64,000 nt of DNA from Octopus sinensis (GCF_006345805.1 NC_042999.1:16554001-16618000), one strand, 5' to 3'; positions 39,575 through 52,327 are shown, counted from the stretch's first letter. Made by a program: numbers and translations. Notes: generated by a model from the letters alone, not told the origin.

Positions 39575-39855
39575 TAATAATAATATAATAATGATAATAA
39601 TAATAATTATAATTATAATAACAGTAACATTAATGCTTTTGCATAGCTTCTTACGCTGGAGATCTACTACAGTGTCAGCTGTTCTTATTTTTGAGCATCT
39701 TCCGGAGTATTCGAGCGTTTCAAAGCAGTGCTGTAATGCTCCGGAAGGTACTCGAAATTATTATAATGATTGTGATTATTATTATTATTTTATTATTATT
39801 ATTATTGTTATTGTTGTTGTTGTTGTTGCTGTTGTTGTTGTTGTTGTTGTTGTTA

Positions 39856-39913
<58 letters not shown>

Positions 39914-39922
39914 CATCATCAT

Positions 39923-40497
39923 CATTCAGTAGTTTTATTTTTATAACGTGCTTTCAATTCACTACCGAGCGCAGTTCTGTGTGCTTTAGGTATGTGCTGT
40001 GATTCGTTGTTGTTGTGATGCTCTGATGGTTAATGTTTTGAAAGTGTTCTGCGTAGGATGTGTGCAGTGCCTAGTAGTGCAATTTTCTCTATGTTATATG
40101 TGTTTGTAAGTCTTGGTGTTTTTGTTATGTATTTGTCTGAATATTTTTTTATCATGCCTAATGCATGTTTCTGTTTTTAGATTCCACATTCTTGTTACCT
40201 CTATTTCCAGGTCTTTGTATTTTGAAAGTTTCTCCATTTCTTTTAGAGACACGTTGACATCTGCTGGTATTGATACATCAATTAGAAAGCATTTTTTCCT
40301 TCATGATCTCTGACAACTATATCTGGTCTGTTGGCCTTACTTTCTCTATCTGTGTGTATTGGCATATCCCAGAGTATGGTTGCTTTCTCGTTTTCTGTGA
40401 TCTTTTCTTGTGTGTACCTATACCATCTTCTGTTGTTATTTCATAATGTTGGCATAGCTTCCAGTATATGTAGGTCCCAACTCTGTCGTGTCTATGT
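39923..40497 (-). pseudogene. 5'-truncated R4/Dong copy, same family as 15616-17745
   Basis: High identity to 15616-16200 with internal deletions; (TAA)n on both sides. Confidence 0.9.
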
Positions 40498-40510
40498 ATT
40501 ATTATTATTA

Positions 40511-40589
<79 letters not shown>

Positions 40590-41142
40590 GAGTGAGAGAG
40601 CAGTTCATGCCATCAAAGTGACACTGGGGTAAAATATACGAAGCCCAATATACCCATCATGACTACCCGTCTGATAAGGGTACACCAGGCACATGCATCA
40701 GAACCATATGTGCGCGACATGGTGATCTCATATCAAGATAAACAGCACATGACCTTGCAGGTGGGGCCCAGTTAGAATTTTATTCAGGTTGAGTAGCCCA
40801 TCCTGCTCAAAAGGTCCCTGAATAAGGGTTGTTTAAGGATGTTGAAAGAACCACCCATGTTTCCAGAGGTGAATTATTCAAACCCCAAAGAATCCCTCTC
40901 AACACATGGCTATGATGCTCCCCCACTACTTCTGCTCGTGATCAGAGATGCACATATCGTCAGCCACTAAGGGACATGCTCAACTGGTTAAGGTAAAACA
41001 ACTGACAAGCAAATCTGTGGTATTGAGCAGAATATTTGCTGTAGCCCATCTTTTATACCAAGACAAAACAATGTACATGATAACACTTCCAATCAGTTAA
41101 GATCAGAAGCCATGAGAGCCAATGCCTGGTACTGTATCAGGG

Positions 41143-41145
<3 letters not shown>
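40590..41145. repeat. ~555-bp non-coding insert between (TTA)n tracts, probable interspersed repeat
   Basis: Higher-GC block with sharp microsatellite boundaries and no long ORF. There is no second copy in the window, so repeat status is inferred. Confidence 0.4.
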
Positions 41146-41177
<32 letters not shown>

Positions 41178-41234
41178 TATTATTATTAGTAGTAGTAGTA
41201 GTATAGTAGTAGTAGTAGTAGTAGTAGTAGTAAT

Positions 41235-41405
41235 GATTTCATTTATTTGCCACAAGGACGATGAATAAAGTGTGGGAGTTTACATGAAATAATTTTAAAA
41301 AAGGAAAGGAAGTAAGTATACTCGGACATATGCATAACATACAAAGGCTTAAGAAAAACGTAGCGGAAAGGATGACAGAAATATGGCCCTCCTGATACAG
41401 GTGTA
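41235..41405 (-). mobile_element. Tx1-type 3' UTR remnant
   Basis: Shares tttcatttattt and atggccctcctgatacagg with 7680-7890 and ends in (CTA)n on its sense strand. Confidence 0.6.
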
Positions 41406-41866
41406 TCCTATATATGGTGTATATAGGATTTGTGTTTCCAACCCACAAAGACTGTCTGCACCATCTTCGTGAAATTCATGGGATTTTTCGTACGTTGGAC
41501 AACATTATTTGCAATATTTGTTGTTGTTCTTTGCGTTCCGAGTACCCAGACAAATGTTGCAAAACTGTCTTTATCTTGTCGACAAGAAGGTGTCTTGTAA
41601 AAAATTGATAAATTAAAAGGCGATGAATAACTATCTTTGAATTCTCCAACAAAAGCGCTAAGAGCAGCATATAGCGCTTGTCAAGGTAAGAATATCAGGT
41701 ACCGCTCTTTGTTCTCGTTGTGTGAAAAAATACTATTTTGATTTTAATTTTTGTCTTGAAGAGTTCGATTTTACGAGCAAAAGCGCTAATAAAGAATTAT
41801 CGAAAATTCTGACTGCTTCCTTTTTCTCAGAATACAATATCTGTACACCACTTCAAAAACTCTATA

Positions 41867-41904
<38 letters not shown>

Positions 41905-41918
<14 letters not shown>

Positions 41919-42125
41919 TGTTTCTCCCCACCATCGCTTGATAGCCAGTGTTGGTGTGTTTACGTAACCCGTAACGTAGCGGTTCAGCAAAACAGACTGA
42001 TAGAATAATTACCAGGCTTAAAAAAAACAACGGAAGTACTATGGTCCATTCATTCGACTAAATTTAAAATTCTTCAAGACGGTGCCCCAGGATCGCTGCA
42101 ATCTAATGACTGAAACAAGTGAAAG
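41905..42125 (+). mobile_element. SINE family A, 3' half
   Basis: Homology to the family A tail. Confidence 0.75.
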
Positions 42126-42504
42126 AAAATATAAAAGCAAAAATTAATTATTCCTCTGAATCTTTGACTGACGAGAAAGAACAAAGTCGAAACGCCGGTA
42201 GTGCCTTAGCCCCCTTCATTTAATGATGCGAATGCGTTATGAAGATATTCCTCTGCAAGTAGTTGTTCTCCAATAACAATATACAACAGCGATTAACGTA
42301 CATTCGAATCTGTTTCTTGATGTTCACGGTGCACAAGGCGATTTATTTCTCAAAATATATTCAGTTAAAATATACATCTGTAATATTCAGCAAACTTTCT
42401 AGCAGGGTTCTCCTTTAAAAAATAGCATTATCTCAATTTGGTCAATTGGAAGAGGCTAGTTTATTTCGAATGTTATAATTTATCCTCAGAAAAAATCGTT
42501 AGGG

Positions 42505-42875
42505 CGCCGGGCAAAATGCTTAGCAGTATTTTGTCTGCCGTTACCTTCGGAGTTCAAATTCTGCCAAGGTCGACTTTACCTTTCATCCTTTCGGGGGCGA
42601 TAAATTAAGTACCAGTTACGCACTGATGTCGATCAAATCGACTTAATCCCTTTGTCTGTCCTTGTTTTTCCCCTCTGTGTTTAGCCCCTTGTGGGTAATA
42701 AAGAAATAAGTATTTTGTCTGCTGTTACGTTCTGAGTTCTAATTCTGCCGAGGTCGACTTTGCCTCTCTTTCTTCCGGGTTCGATAAATTAAGTACCTGT
42801 GAAACACTGGAGTCGATTAAATCGACTAGTCCTCTCCCCCAATATTTCAGGCCTTGTGCCTATAGTAGAAAGGAT
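42505..42875 (+). mobile_element. Two tandem family D SINEs
   Basis: The gagttc(a/t)aattctgcc.aggtcgacttt...cgataaattaagtacc domain occurs twice (about 42505-42720 and 42720-42875). Confidence 0.8.
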
Positions 42876-42904
42876 TATTATTATTATTATTATTATTACT
42901 TTTT

Positions 42905-43510
42905 TTTCTTCTTTCAAATTTGCTTCCATTTCTTGCCGAGTGTCTTCCCGACTCCTAGGGCAAAGAAACTCATAGTATACATTGGTAGGCCATTAAACCA
43001 AACTCAGTAGTTCGTTCATTTTTTTTTTTTAAGTTAAATTAAAATACATGAGCAGCAACAGTTCTCACATCGACAATGCTCTTCTCAATACGTGTGATGT
43101 ACCAGTTAAGACAATCTTTTGCACTTCTTGCAGGGATGGTAAGCCAGGGATCATTCTCATATAATTTTTGGTTCCCTTCTTGATCATTCCTAGTGCTCCT
43201 ACGATCACTGGTATTGTAACCGCCTTGAGATGCCACATTTTCTCAATTTCAATGAGTAGGTCTTTATATTTTCTGAGCTTGTGAAACTCTTTCGCTGAGA
43301 TATTATGATCACAGGGGGATGCTCATGTCACGCTGAGATATTATGATCACAGGGGATGCTCATGTCCGCTGAGATATTATGATCACAGGGGATGCTCATG
43401 TCCGCTGAGATATTATGATCACAGGGGATGCTCATGTCCGCTGAGATATTATGATCACAGGGGATGCTCATGTCCGCTGAGATATTATGATCACAGGGGA
43501 TGCTCATGTC
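42905..43510 (-). pseudogene. RLE-type LINE 3' end whose 5'-most 36 bp are repeated six times
   Basis: DMSIPCDHNISAKEFHKLRKYKDLLIEIEKMWHLKAVTIPVIVGALGMIKKG; units at 43293, 43331, 43367, 43403, 43439 and 43475; (TAA)n at both ends. Confidence 0.9.
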
Positions 43511-43555
<45 letters not shown>

Positions 43556-44289
43556 TATTATTATTTATCCTCTTGTAGATCCTGATCGACCACAGCTATA
43601 ATCAAATTCGTACCTGCCAAGCCCTTTCTGTCTTTTTCTGACCATTCAGTACGTGAGACAATTATTATCAACGTATCTTCATTAAAAACAATAGGGTGTA
43701 CTTTGAGGGAGATTTCGTTGTCATTTATTAGATGTTCAGTGATGTCGCAGAGCAGAGGCCCCTAAGCTAATTAGTGGTATTTGAATTACATAAATATTTC
43801 AAATTTATGTTGTTCGGTAATTCTCAATGTCATGGACGCCTTTGTTACTTATAAAATTTAAATCTCAGTGGTAATTAGATTTCTATAAGATTGATATCGA
43901 TAAATTTCAATCGACTATATTCAATCAATCGACGCAGGTAGAGTTGTGTGACCAAAAAGTTCACTCCATAACCACGTGGTTTAGGGATCAGTCCCATTGA
44001 CTGGTACTTTGAACAAGTATCGTTTAGAAATAATGCATTTCTAAATCTCTCAGAGAGATTTATACAGTAGAAACACGGTAAAGTGGTGGTATGTTGTCCA
44101 CCACTTTATAGGGCTATATAACGGTAGTATTCTTCCCTTTCATGGGATTTTCACATTAAGTTGACATCATACCAACAAAGTATCTTTTACTCTGGAACGG
44201 AGGAGACAGAAGCATTGAGCGTGGTGAAAAATTGAAGAAGCCTGTGTGCGCATGCGTGTGTATGCTCGTGTATTTGTGTCTTCTTATAT

Positions 44290-44530
44290 TGATACCTATT
44301 TTTTACTACCCACAAGGGGCTAAACACAGAGAGGACAAACAAGGACAGATAAACGGATTAAGTCGATTATATCGACCCCAGTGCGTAACTCGTACTTATT
44401 TAATCGACCCCGAAAGGATGAAAGGCAAAGTCGAGCTCGGCGGCATTTGAACTCAGAAAGTAGCGGCAGACGAAATACCACTAAGCATTTCGCCCGGCGT
44501 GCTAACGTTTCTGCCACCTCGCCGCCTTGA
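44290..44530 (-). mobile_element. SINE family D
   Basis: Homologous to 11790-12020. Confidence 0.85.
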
Positions 44531-44789
44531 TACCGCGTGGTTGTTGTAAGTGAGTATCACCGTCGTACAGACGGTGTCGTTCGTTTCCAATCTTCTGCGA
44601 AAACAGGCCCGGCTATGAAGAAATACTACTTTGCCCGGAAATGGATGAGGTTGGTGACGCAGAGGGCATCTGATCGTTGAAAATCTGCCTCCCAAGTAAT
44701 TCCGCCCGACCAATTGCAATGAGGAAGAGAAGACGTTAAATACATTATGTCGATAATGATGATGATGATGATGATGATAATGATGATTA

Positions 44790-45205
44790 CATTCCTACTC
44801 TTTTATTTGTTTCAGTCATTTGACTGCGGCCATGCTGGAGCACCGCCTTTAGCCGAGGAAATCGACCCCAAGACTTATTCTTCGTAAGCCTAGTACTTAT
44901 TCTATCGGTCCCTTTTCCCGGACTGCTAAGTTACGGGAACGTAAACACACCAGCCTCGGCCATCAAGCGATGTTGGGGGGACAAACACAGACACACAAAC
45001 ATATACACACATACATATATATGTACATAAAATACGACGGGCTTCTTTCAGTTTCCGTCACAAGGCTTTGGTTTCCACTCACAAGGCTTTGGTCGGCCCG
45101 AGGCTATAGTAGAAGACACTTGGCCCAAGGTGCCCCACGTGGGACTGAACCCGGAACCATGTGGCTGGTAAGCAAGTTACTTACCACACCGCCACTCCTG
45201 CGCCT
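44790..45205 (-). mobile_element. SINE family A
   Basis: Colinear reverse complement of 61453-61900, with a small internal duplication of cacaaggctttggt. Confidence 0.85.
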
Positions 45206-45556
45206 AGAAAAATAAGTTGACCTTTGATGAGAAAAGACAGAGAAACATATCATATTGAAAAGTAGCCATCAACAAGCTTCATCGTTAAAGACTTTATGAA
45301 AAGGATGAATGGACATTGTGCAACTAAATGCATCCATTCACCGAGAGAAAGGAAATACGTACAATGAAGATTCGAAATAGGTGTGTCGACTACAAGGTGC
45401 GTTTAGAACGAATATCTTAATTAACGTCACACGCGATTTCTGTTAAAAGGACAGGAACGGCTTATAATAACTGCAGCGGAGAAACCAATTTGAAAGAATC
45501 GGAAATATACTGACACACACACACCACACACACAACACACACACACACACACACAC

Positions 45557-45598
<42 letters not shown>

Positions 45599-45695
45599 AG
45601 GGTGAAAAGGAACACACGAGTTGATATATATGAAAAAACAAGTCAAGATAGAAAATGCTAAAATAATTTTATAAAGAACATTCTAAAATAATTAT

Positions 45696-45742
<47 letters not shown>

Positions 45743-45756
45743 ATTTATATATATAT

Positions 45757-45790
<34 letters not shown>

Positions 45791-46134
45791 CATATATACA
45801 TATATACATATATACATATATACATATATATATATTTATATATACATATATATATACACACACACATATATATATATATATACATATATATACACGTATG
45901 TATGATTATTTATGCATATATGTTTATATCTATCTATCTATACATACATACATACGTACCTACATACATACATAAATATATGTACCAGTAGAAATGTGAA
46001 ATACCGGGCGTTGCCTATGTTGGAGGCGCAAAGAATCAGTAATATATTATATTCAAGCATTATGCTTAACTTTCATATATTTTTCGGAAAAACACTAAGC
46101 GGAATTTAAGACTAAGTTCACTTTATGTGTGTGC

Positions 46135-46174
<40 letters not shown>

Positions 46175-46228
46175 GTTTAAATATTTGTTGTGCAAGATTT
46201 TTTATGTGAAGTCGTGTGTTGAAACAGA

Positions 46229-46703
46229 TATTGTTATATTTCGGAATGGTCATTTTGCCAGTTTAGCCAATAAAAACACACGCACTATATATTTGGTGTT
46301 ATTTTGCTTCAGTGTTATTTATTTTTTACATTAATCTTAATCTTATTTCGGCCAGAGTTCTTTCGTCACACTCCTGTGACCGCATCAGTGGTCCTTTGTT
46401 TTCTTCTTTCTTATTTGTGTTTCTCCTTACTAACCGCACATAGAGATATAAGCATGCGCAAATGAAGACATACAATAGAAATACAAAATGGCTGACGGTT
46501 AGTAAGGAGAGACACAAATAAGAAAGAAGAAAACAAAGGACCACTGATGCGGTCACAGGAGTGTGATGAAAGAACTCTGGCCGAAATAAGATTAAGATTA
46601 ATGTAAAATATAAATAACACTGAAGCAAAATAACACCAAATATATGGTGCGTGTGTTTTTATTGGCTAAACTGGCAAAATGACCATTCCAAAATATAACA
46701 ATA
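46229..46703. mobile_element. Penelope-like element with inverted pLTRs (208-bp arms, 59-bp spacer), each arm carrying a hammerhead-like motif
   Basis: Arms 46229-46436 and 46496-46703; motif ggacca-CTGATGC-g-GTCAC aggagt GTGA(C/T)-GAAA-gaac-TC-tggcc at 46350-46394 (-) and 46538-46582 (+). Confidence 0.7.
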
Positions 46704-47089
46704 TATATATATAAATATATGTATATTCAGTTTATGTCTGTGTGTAATTGAGTGCGTATATATATGTCCTTTAAGTTCGTTTACGAGAAGCATTTTTCAA
46801 TATGCACATAAAAGGTCCAGTTTTATTCTGCAGGCTACAGCCTTATGATTCCAACTAGCAATAATAATTGTTGGGGGTTGCACCGAACTGTGGCGATATA
46901 ATGCAGGAGAAATAGTATAATAATGATAATAATAATAGTCCATGGATGAAATTATTTGAAAATATTTATAAATTTCTTCGATGGATTATTATTATTATTA
47001 GATGTACATGTAATATGTACACATATATAGACACACATATATATATGCATACATATATACACCCATACACACATACAAAAACACACATC

Positions 47090-47119
<30 letters not shown>

Positions 47120-47120
<1 letters not shown>

Positions 47121-47430
47121 AAGTGCAGGTGTGGCTGTGTGGTAACAAAGTTGGTTCCAAAACACATGGTCCTCAGTTCAGTCCCACTGTGTGGTAACTT
47201 GGCATGTGTCTTCTGCTATAGCCTGAGACCAACGAAAGCCTGGTCGGTGGATTTTGTAGACAGAAACTGAAAGAAATCAATTCTATGTATATGTATGTAT
47301 ATTTGTAAGTCTATGTGTGTGTCTTCGTGTTTCTCCCTCATCACTGCTTCACAACTGGTGTTCGTTTATTTACATCCCCATAACTTACTTGTTTCACTAG
47401 AAGAAACTGATAGAATAAGTACCAGGCTTA
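47120..47430 (+). mobile_element. Degenerate SINE family A
   Basis: Homology to family A. Confidence 0.75.
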
Positions 47431-47544
47431 TCAAAATATAAAAAAGCACTACGAAGTATCTCATATTTTTGCTTGCCCACTCATTTGTATCTATCAATTG
47501 ATCTTTGTGTGTGTGTGTTTGTGTGTTTGTGTATGTGTGTGTGT

Positions 47545-47631
<87 letters not shown>

Positions 47632-48170
47632 TATATATATACATATATGTATATACACACACACACATATATATATATAACATAGTTCTTGAACCGGTAC
47701 TTCAAGTAACGACTAGGGCAGGGTAACTGATTGCTTATTGTGATCATTCGTCTTTTGGTTTCTTGTAGCTTTGCTCTCTTTTACAAACCCAGTGAACATA
47801 TATTTCCTATTTGAAAGAAATTCAAACAATAGATATAAGACCCAAGTTAAAAAGATTTTCAACAATTCAACTTCTCTGGTTGACATTAAGATGCCCACCC
47901 AAAACAGGAGCCTTAACTCTCACATTTTAGAGCTCCATAGCCTTCATTTTTTAGGAGCAAAATCTTTTTAACAGGTTCAATAACACTGGAATTTTGGAAT
48001 ATGCGCATAAAAATCAGTAGTATGTGATACATGTGGCACGATTACAAATTTTTTAGGGTGTGTAAAGAGGGGAAATAACCCCCATCTGCAATTTTGATGA
48101 AATTCGAAACATAGATATTCCAGTTCATTACAGAAAATATAACAGAAAAGTCTAATTCTTCAATTGAATG

Positions 48171-48200
48171 TAACCGGGCAACGCCGGTTATCTCTGCTAG
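48171..48200 (+). mobile_element. Helitron 3' terminus (5' end not located)
   Basis: Hairpin taaccgggcaacgccggtta followed by CTAG|T. Confidence 0.6.
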
Positions 48201-48514
48201 TTGATGCATACAAAAATAGCTTAGCGGGGCATTATAGGAATTGAAAAATATATATAAAATCTTAGAAAGGCATCAAAAGATAACATTAAAAGATTTATAT
48301 TTCCTTACTTTCGAATTAATGATAAATGGTCTAGAGTGAAGATGGAAACACAGACTTATCATAACCAATAGATCGTTATTATCTCCATATTTATCTAAAC
48401 AGCATTATCTTCTAACGAAATGTAATTACCATGAGCAAGAAGCGTAGTTGAAGGCGCCGCCCTTAATTTGAATATCATATTCTCCACCCTCTTCTTATAT
48501 TATTTTAGATGGAA

Positions 48515-48913
48515 CTAGTAGTATCGCCCGGCGTTGCTCGGGTTTGTAAGGGAAATAACTATATAAGCATTTTTAGAGAGTTATAGCCGAAAACTAGCAA
48601 AAAAGTGCATTAAAAATGGAAAAAAAATGATGGTAAATTTTTTTTTAAATCGTTGACTCATCGTAGACATTTTTAGAGAGTTACTTCCCTTATATAATAG
48701 CGAAAAAAATGCATTAAAATGGAAAAAAATGATGGTAAATTTTGTAAAAAATCGTAGACTCATCGTACACGCGCGCTAATACCCAGAAGGGCTCGATATG
48801 AATCACGACTATAAGATACCCGGTTTTGGTTAAGCTGCACCGCAAAATGTGGGAGTAGTTAGGAATCTAAATCGTAGGAGACAGACACACAACCTCACTT
48901 TTATATATATAGA
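48515..48913 (-). mobile_element. Non-autonomous Helitron
   Basis: Minus strand reads A|TC tatatatataaaag ... hairpin cccgagcaacgccggg ... CTAG|T, with no TSD. Confidence 0.85.
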
Positions 48914-49149
48914 TATGTTGGAACGAGTCTTTGTGCTGTTTTTGTCTCTGTTCGTTCCTTCACCCGACACACCTACCAGTCGGTGGGGGGGGGGGCACGC
49001 CCCCATTTTGTATGTTTCCTTTGGTTTCTTTGTTCGTTTGCTTATCTGCGACTAGTGACAAGAAACGCCCAGCAGTCGAATGGAATGATATAATTGGTGA
49101 ACCAAAACACTGAATGCCCTTAAGGTCAGTAAATGTGGCTTGCAGAAAT

Positions 49150-49450
49150 ATATTTCTTTATTAGCCACACAGGGCTGCACATAGACGTGACAAATTACAA
49201 GGTAGAGCTTTTCCTTTTGGGGATAAAAAAAAGGGGGTTTAGTTTTCGATCAAAAGGGATCGTAAAAGGAAAGAGGAAAGTAAAACAAAAAGAGGGGGGG
49301 ATTAAAAGGAAAAAGAAAAAATCGATCAATAGGGATCGTTATCACAGAAATGTCAATAAAAAGTGTAATGGGGAAGACAGGTGAGGTTTAACCGTGGAAA
49401 GAAAAGCCTACGGAAATGACCACGGTAACCTCGGTCAATGAAGTTACATG
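49150..49450 (-). mobile_element. Tx1 3' UTR-only copy, same family as 54360-56768
   Basis: Reverse complement matches 56430-56768 (tgaccgaggttaccgtggtc...gcagccctgtgtggctaataaagaaa). Confidence 0.85.
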
Positions 49451-49880
49451 TTATATTTTTTTACAAAGATGCGGCAACTAAGGAAGAATCCACATTGAAA
49501 TGGAGTTGAGAATATAAGAACTCAAATTCGTAAATATTAAGAGTAATCTTAAGAAATATCTTGTGAAGATGGGAAATTGTTACTTAGTGGACGTGTAAGG
49601 TGCAGAAACATGAAACCTATGAATTTCCATCCTTATGTTATTATTGTAATTATTACATTTATCCTAAGCCGAAAGAAGTTCCACGTTATATAACCATACA
49701 ATCGGATTACTCGAGAAGATGGAATAAGCAGATGAGAGCCGACAAGGAAAAGCATAGGAAATTTTATATTCATATATATATATTAGGTAAATATTAAGTC
49801 TATGACCTGAGCATATCTTCAGAGAGAAAAATATATACCCTTGGATATTTCATATGTGTTTATGGATTTATTATAGCAGA

Positions 49881-49990
<110 letters not shown>

Positions 49991-50339
49991 CATTACTTTA
50001 TATAATTAAGGTTCAGCAAAAAAAAAAAAATTGCTTTACCACACACCGAAGTTTTAGAAATAGCAGCTAAAGAATTTAGCTATTTCCTCTACTATAAGAA
50101 GAGTCTCCCAGACAATGTATACGCAAAAACAAAAACAATTTACGTTGGCATAGAGGGAAAAATAACGAAAGTTCACTCGAAAATAGATTACTTGTGAACG
50201 CGTTTCTGGGTTAGTTACTATTATTAGTATTATTGACTATATATAACTTAGATAACTTAGATATGTTTCGACCAAAGATTGGTCCAGGCCATGTCTAACT
50301 TAATAGCACCACCTGATAGGATTATTCGAATCCTGTTTA

Positions 50340-51803
50340 AGTCAAGTTTTGTTCAAGTAGTGAGTTGTATCAAGTTTTGTTCAAGTAGTGAGTTCTTGTA
50401 GGGTGAGTTGTATCCAATTATGGGTGGCTTATCTGGTATTCTTTGAAGGAATCTATCCAGACTCCGTTTAAAGTTGATGGGATCCTTTTCCTCTTTGATC
50501 TCCCTCGGAACAATGTTAAATAGGGCAGGGCCTGTTGAGGAAAAGAAATTATGTTGCAGTGTACATGTATGTTGTGATCTTGAATTGGGCAGGGGAGTAT
50601 GGCCCGTGGTCCCAGTCTTGGATGAACCTTGAAGCTAATGTTAAGGTCGTTTGGGCAAAGTTGGCGGTATATTCTCCACATCGTACAAATGATGTAGCGC
50701 TCACGGCGACGCTGGAGGGAGCAAAGTTTCAAGGCTTTAAGGCGATCCCAATAATCGAGAGTAGCCATGCCTTCAATTCGTTTAGTGAGTGCCCTTTGGG
50801 GTGACTCAATTCTGGAGATGTTTTGTCTTGTATGGGGAGACCACAGTGGGCAGCAGTATTCAAGGTGTGGCTGTACAAAGGAGGAGAAAAGTGGTATGAT
50901 GACACCTTGTTCTCTGGACCGGAAGGTTCTTAAGATCCAGAAACTCATCCTACGAGCTATATTGACCTTCTTGTTGATGTGTGCACTCCAACTGAGATCG
51001 TCATCAACAATTACACCCAGGTCTCTGATATTGTTAGAGGCTGTGAGCGGTTCCCCTGAAGGAAGAGAGTATGGTTGTTTTAGTGAGGAATTTCTTCCAA
51101 AATGCATCAGCTCAAATTTTCCCTCATTCAGTTGCATTTTGTTTCTGTCTGCCCATTGACTCACAGCATATAGATCAGACTGGAGTTGAGTTCGGTCTGC
51201 TTCTTCATTGACGATTTGCTGGAGCTTAGTGTCATCAGCAAATATTTTCACTTTGCAGTAATGTACGACACTGGAAAGGTCGTTTATGTAAATTGTGAAG
51301 AGTAGCGGACCCAAAACAGTCCCCTGGGGAACAGCGCTGGTGACTTTTGCTGGGCTTGAGTGGACTTCATCAACTACAACATGTTGTGTTCTATTCGCCA
51401 GGAAATACTTTATCCAGTGTAGAACTTTTCCACGGATTCCAACAATTGCCAATTTTGAGAGTAGGATATTATGGTCTACCCTGTCGAATGCTTTGAGTAC
51501 ATCTTCAATGTGGTGTAAGAGCTGTGTTAGACAGTCCCTGCCACAGCGAAAGCCATGCTGATTTGCATTTAAGAGTTTGTGGGTCTCCAGGAAGTCAGCT
51601 ATCCTTGATCTTAACACTCTTTCAAACACTTTAATGATGTGGGAGGTGAGTGAGATTGGGCGATAGTTGACTGCGAGGGATCTGTTTCCCTGTTTGAAAA
51701 CCGGGATTACCGACTGGGATAGAAGCTGTTTCGGTATATAACCTGCGTCTAACGAATTTCTCCAGAGGTTGGTCAGAGGGAGTGCAAGTTGGTGTCTAGT
51801 CAA
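50340..51803 (-). pseudogene. 5'-truncated CR1-clade LINE ORF2 (reverse transcriptase)
   Basis: NYRPISLTSHIIKVFE, NQHGFR, KAFDRVDH, VPQGTVLGPLLF, IFADDTKL. There is an in-frame deletion before KAFD, and a frameshift near 50590 after which the true C-terminus reads ...IPDKPPIIGYNSPYKNSLLE. Confidence 0.92.
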
Positions 51804-51880
51804 TAATAATAATAAAACCTTGTTTCGCATTATGTATATATATATATACATATACATATATATATATATATATATATATG

Positions 51881-52030
51881 ATGCGAAACAAGGTGGAAAA
51901 ATAGTACTCGAATACCAGAGGTAGAGTAATAAGCTTTATTAAAAAGCAGCAAAAATATCACAAAAACTGTTACTCAGAGTTTCACGTTCCCGTTCGTCGG
52001 ATAGTTTTATCCTAAACGACAGAAATTATA
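51881..52030 (-). mobile_element. Penelope-like pLTR remnant
   Basis: Carries the hammerhead at 51963-52008. Its terminal ccttgtttcgcat is mirrored at 51818-51830 across a (TA)n tract. Confidence 0.6.
51963..52008 (-). ncRNA. Type I hammerhead-like motif (U4C core)
   Basis: Minus strand reads aaaactat-CCGACGA-ACG ggaa CGT-GAA-ACTC t GAGT-A-acagtttt: stem I 7 of 8 pairs, GNRA-capped stem II, GUA site. Confidence 0.65.
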
Positions 52031-52064
52031 ACTGGTTGTATACATATCTGAAGCCACTGCAAGT

Positions 52065-52260
52065 CTAACCACATGTGAATCGATGGCGATTTTTTTTTTA
52101 CCCCCGTCTTCCGTTTCTATTGGACTTTCCTCTGTTTCTGAAGAAGAGATTTGGTCAAAACGTACAACCACCTATCTTTCCGCGAGCGTCTGCTAATACT
52201 TACATGTACCACGTCCGTGCGTTGTTATTTCTTTGTGTTTGCTCTTCGTTTTTTTCTGAA
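52065..52260 (+). mobile_element. Penelope-like pLTR remnant with a decayed hammerhead
   Basis: Homologous to 34450-34665 (tggcgattttttt; gtttctgaagaagag...aaaacgta; gagcgtc...taatact). Confidence 0.55.
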
Positions 52261-52270
52261 TTTACTGCAT

Positions 52271-52316
<46 letters not shown>

Positions 52317-52327
52317 TATATATGTAT

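Noticed and set aside
41640-41700. Strong donor-like CAAG|gtaag
   Set aside because: The upstream frame is open for only about 18 codons and no acceptor was found.
43293-43510. 36-bp direct repeats as a CRISPR array
   Set aside because: The units are contiguous without spacers, derive from LINE coding sequence and lie in a eukaryotic context. The same applies to the 33-bp array at 19931.
47713-47900. EFLSNRK motif resembling a LINE RT segment
   Set aside because: It is too short and degenerate to call.
52130-52175. Hammerhead-like ctgaagaagagatttggtcaaaacgta
   Set aside because: G12 is lost and stems I and II are broken; it is kept only as evidence of family homology.
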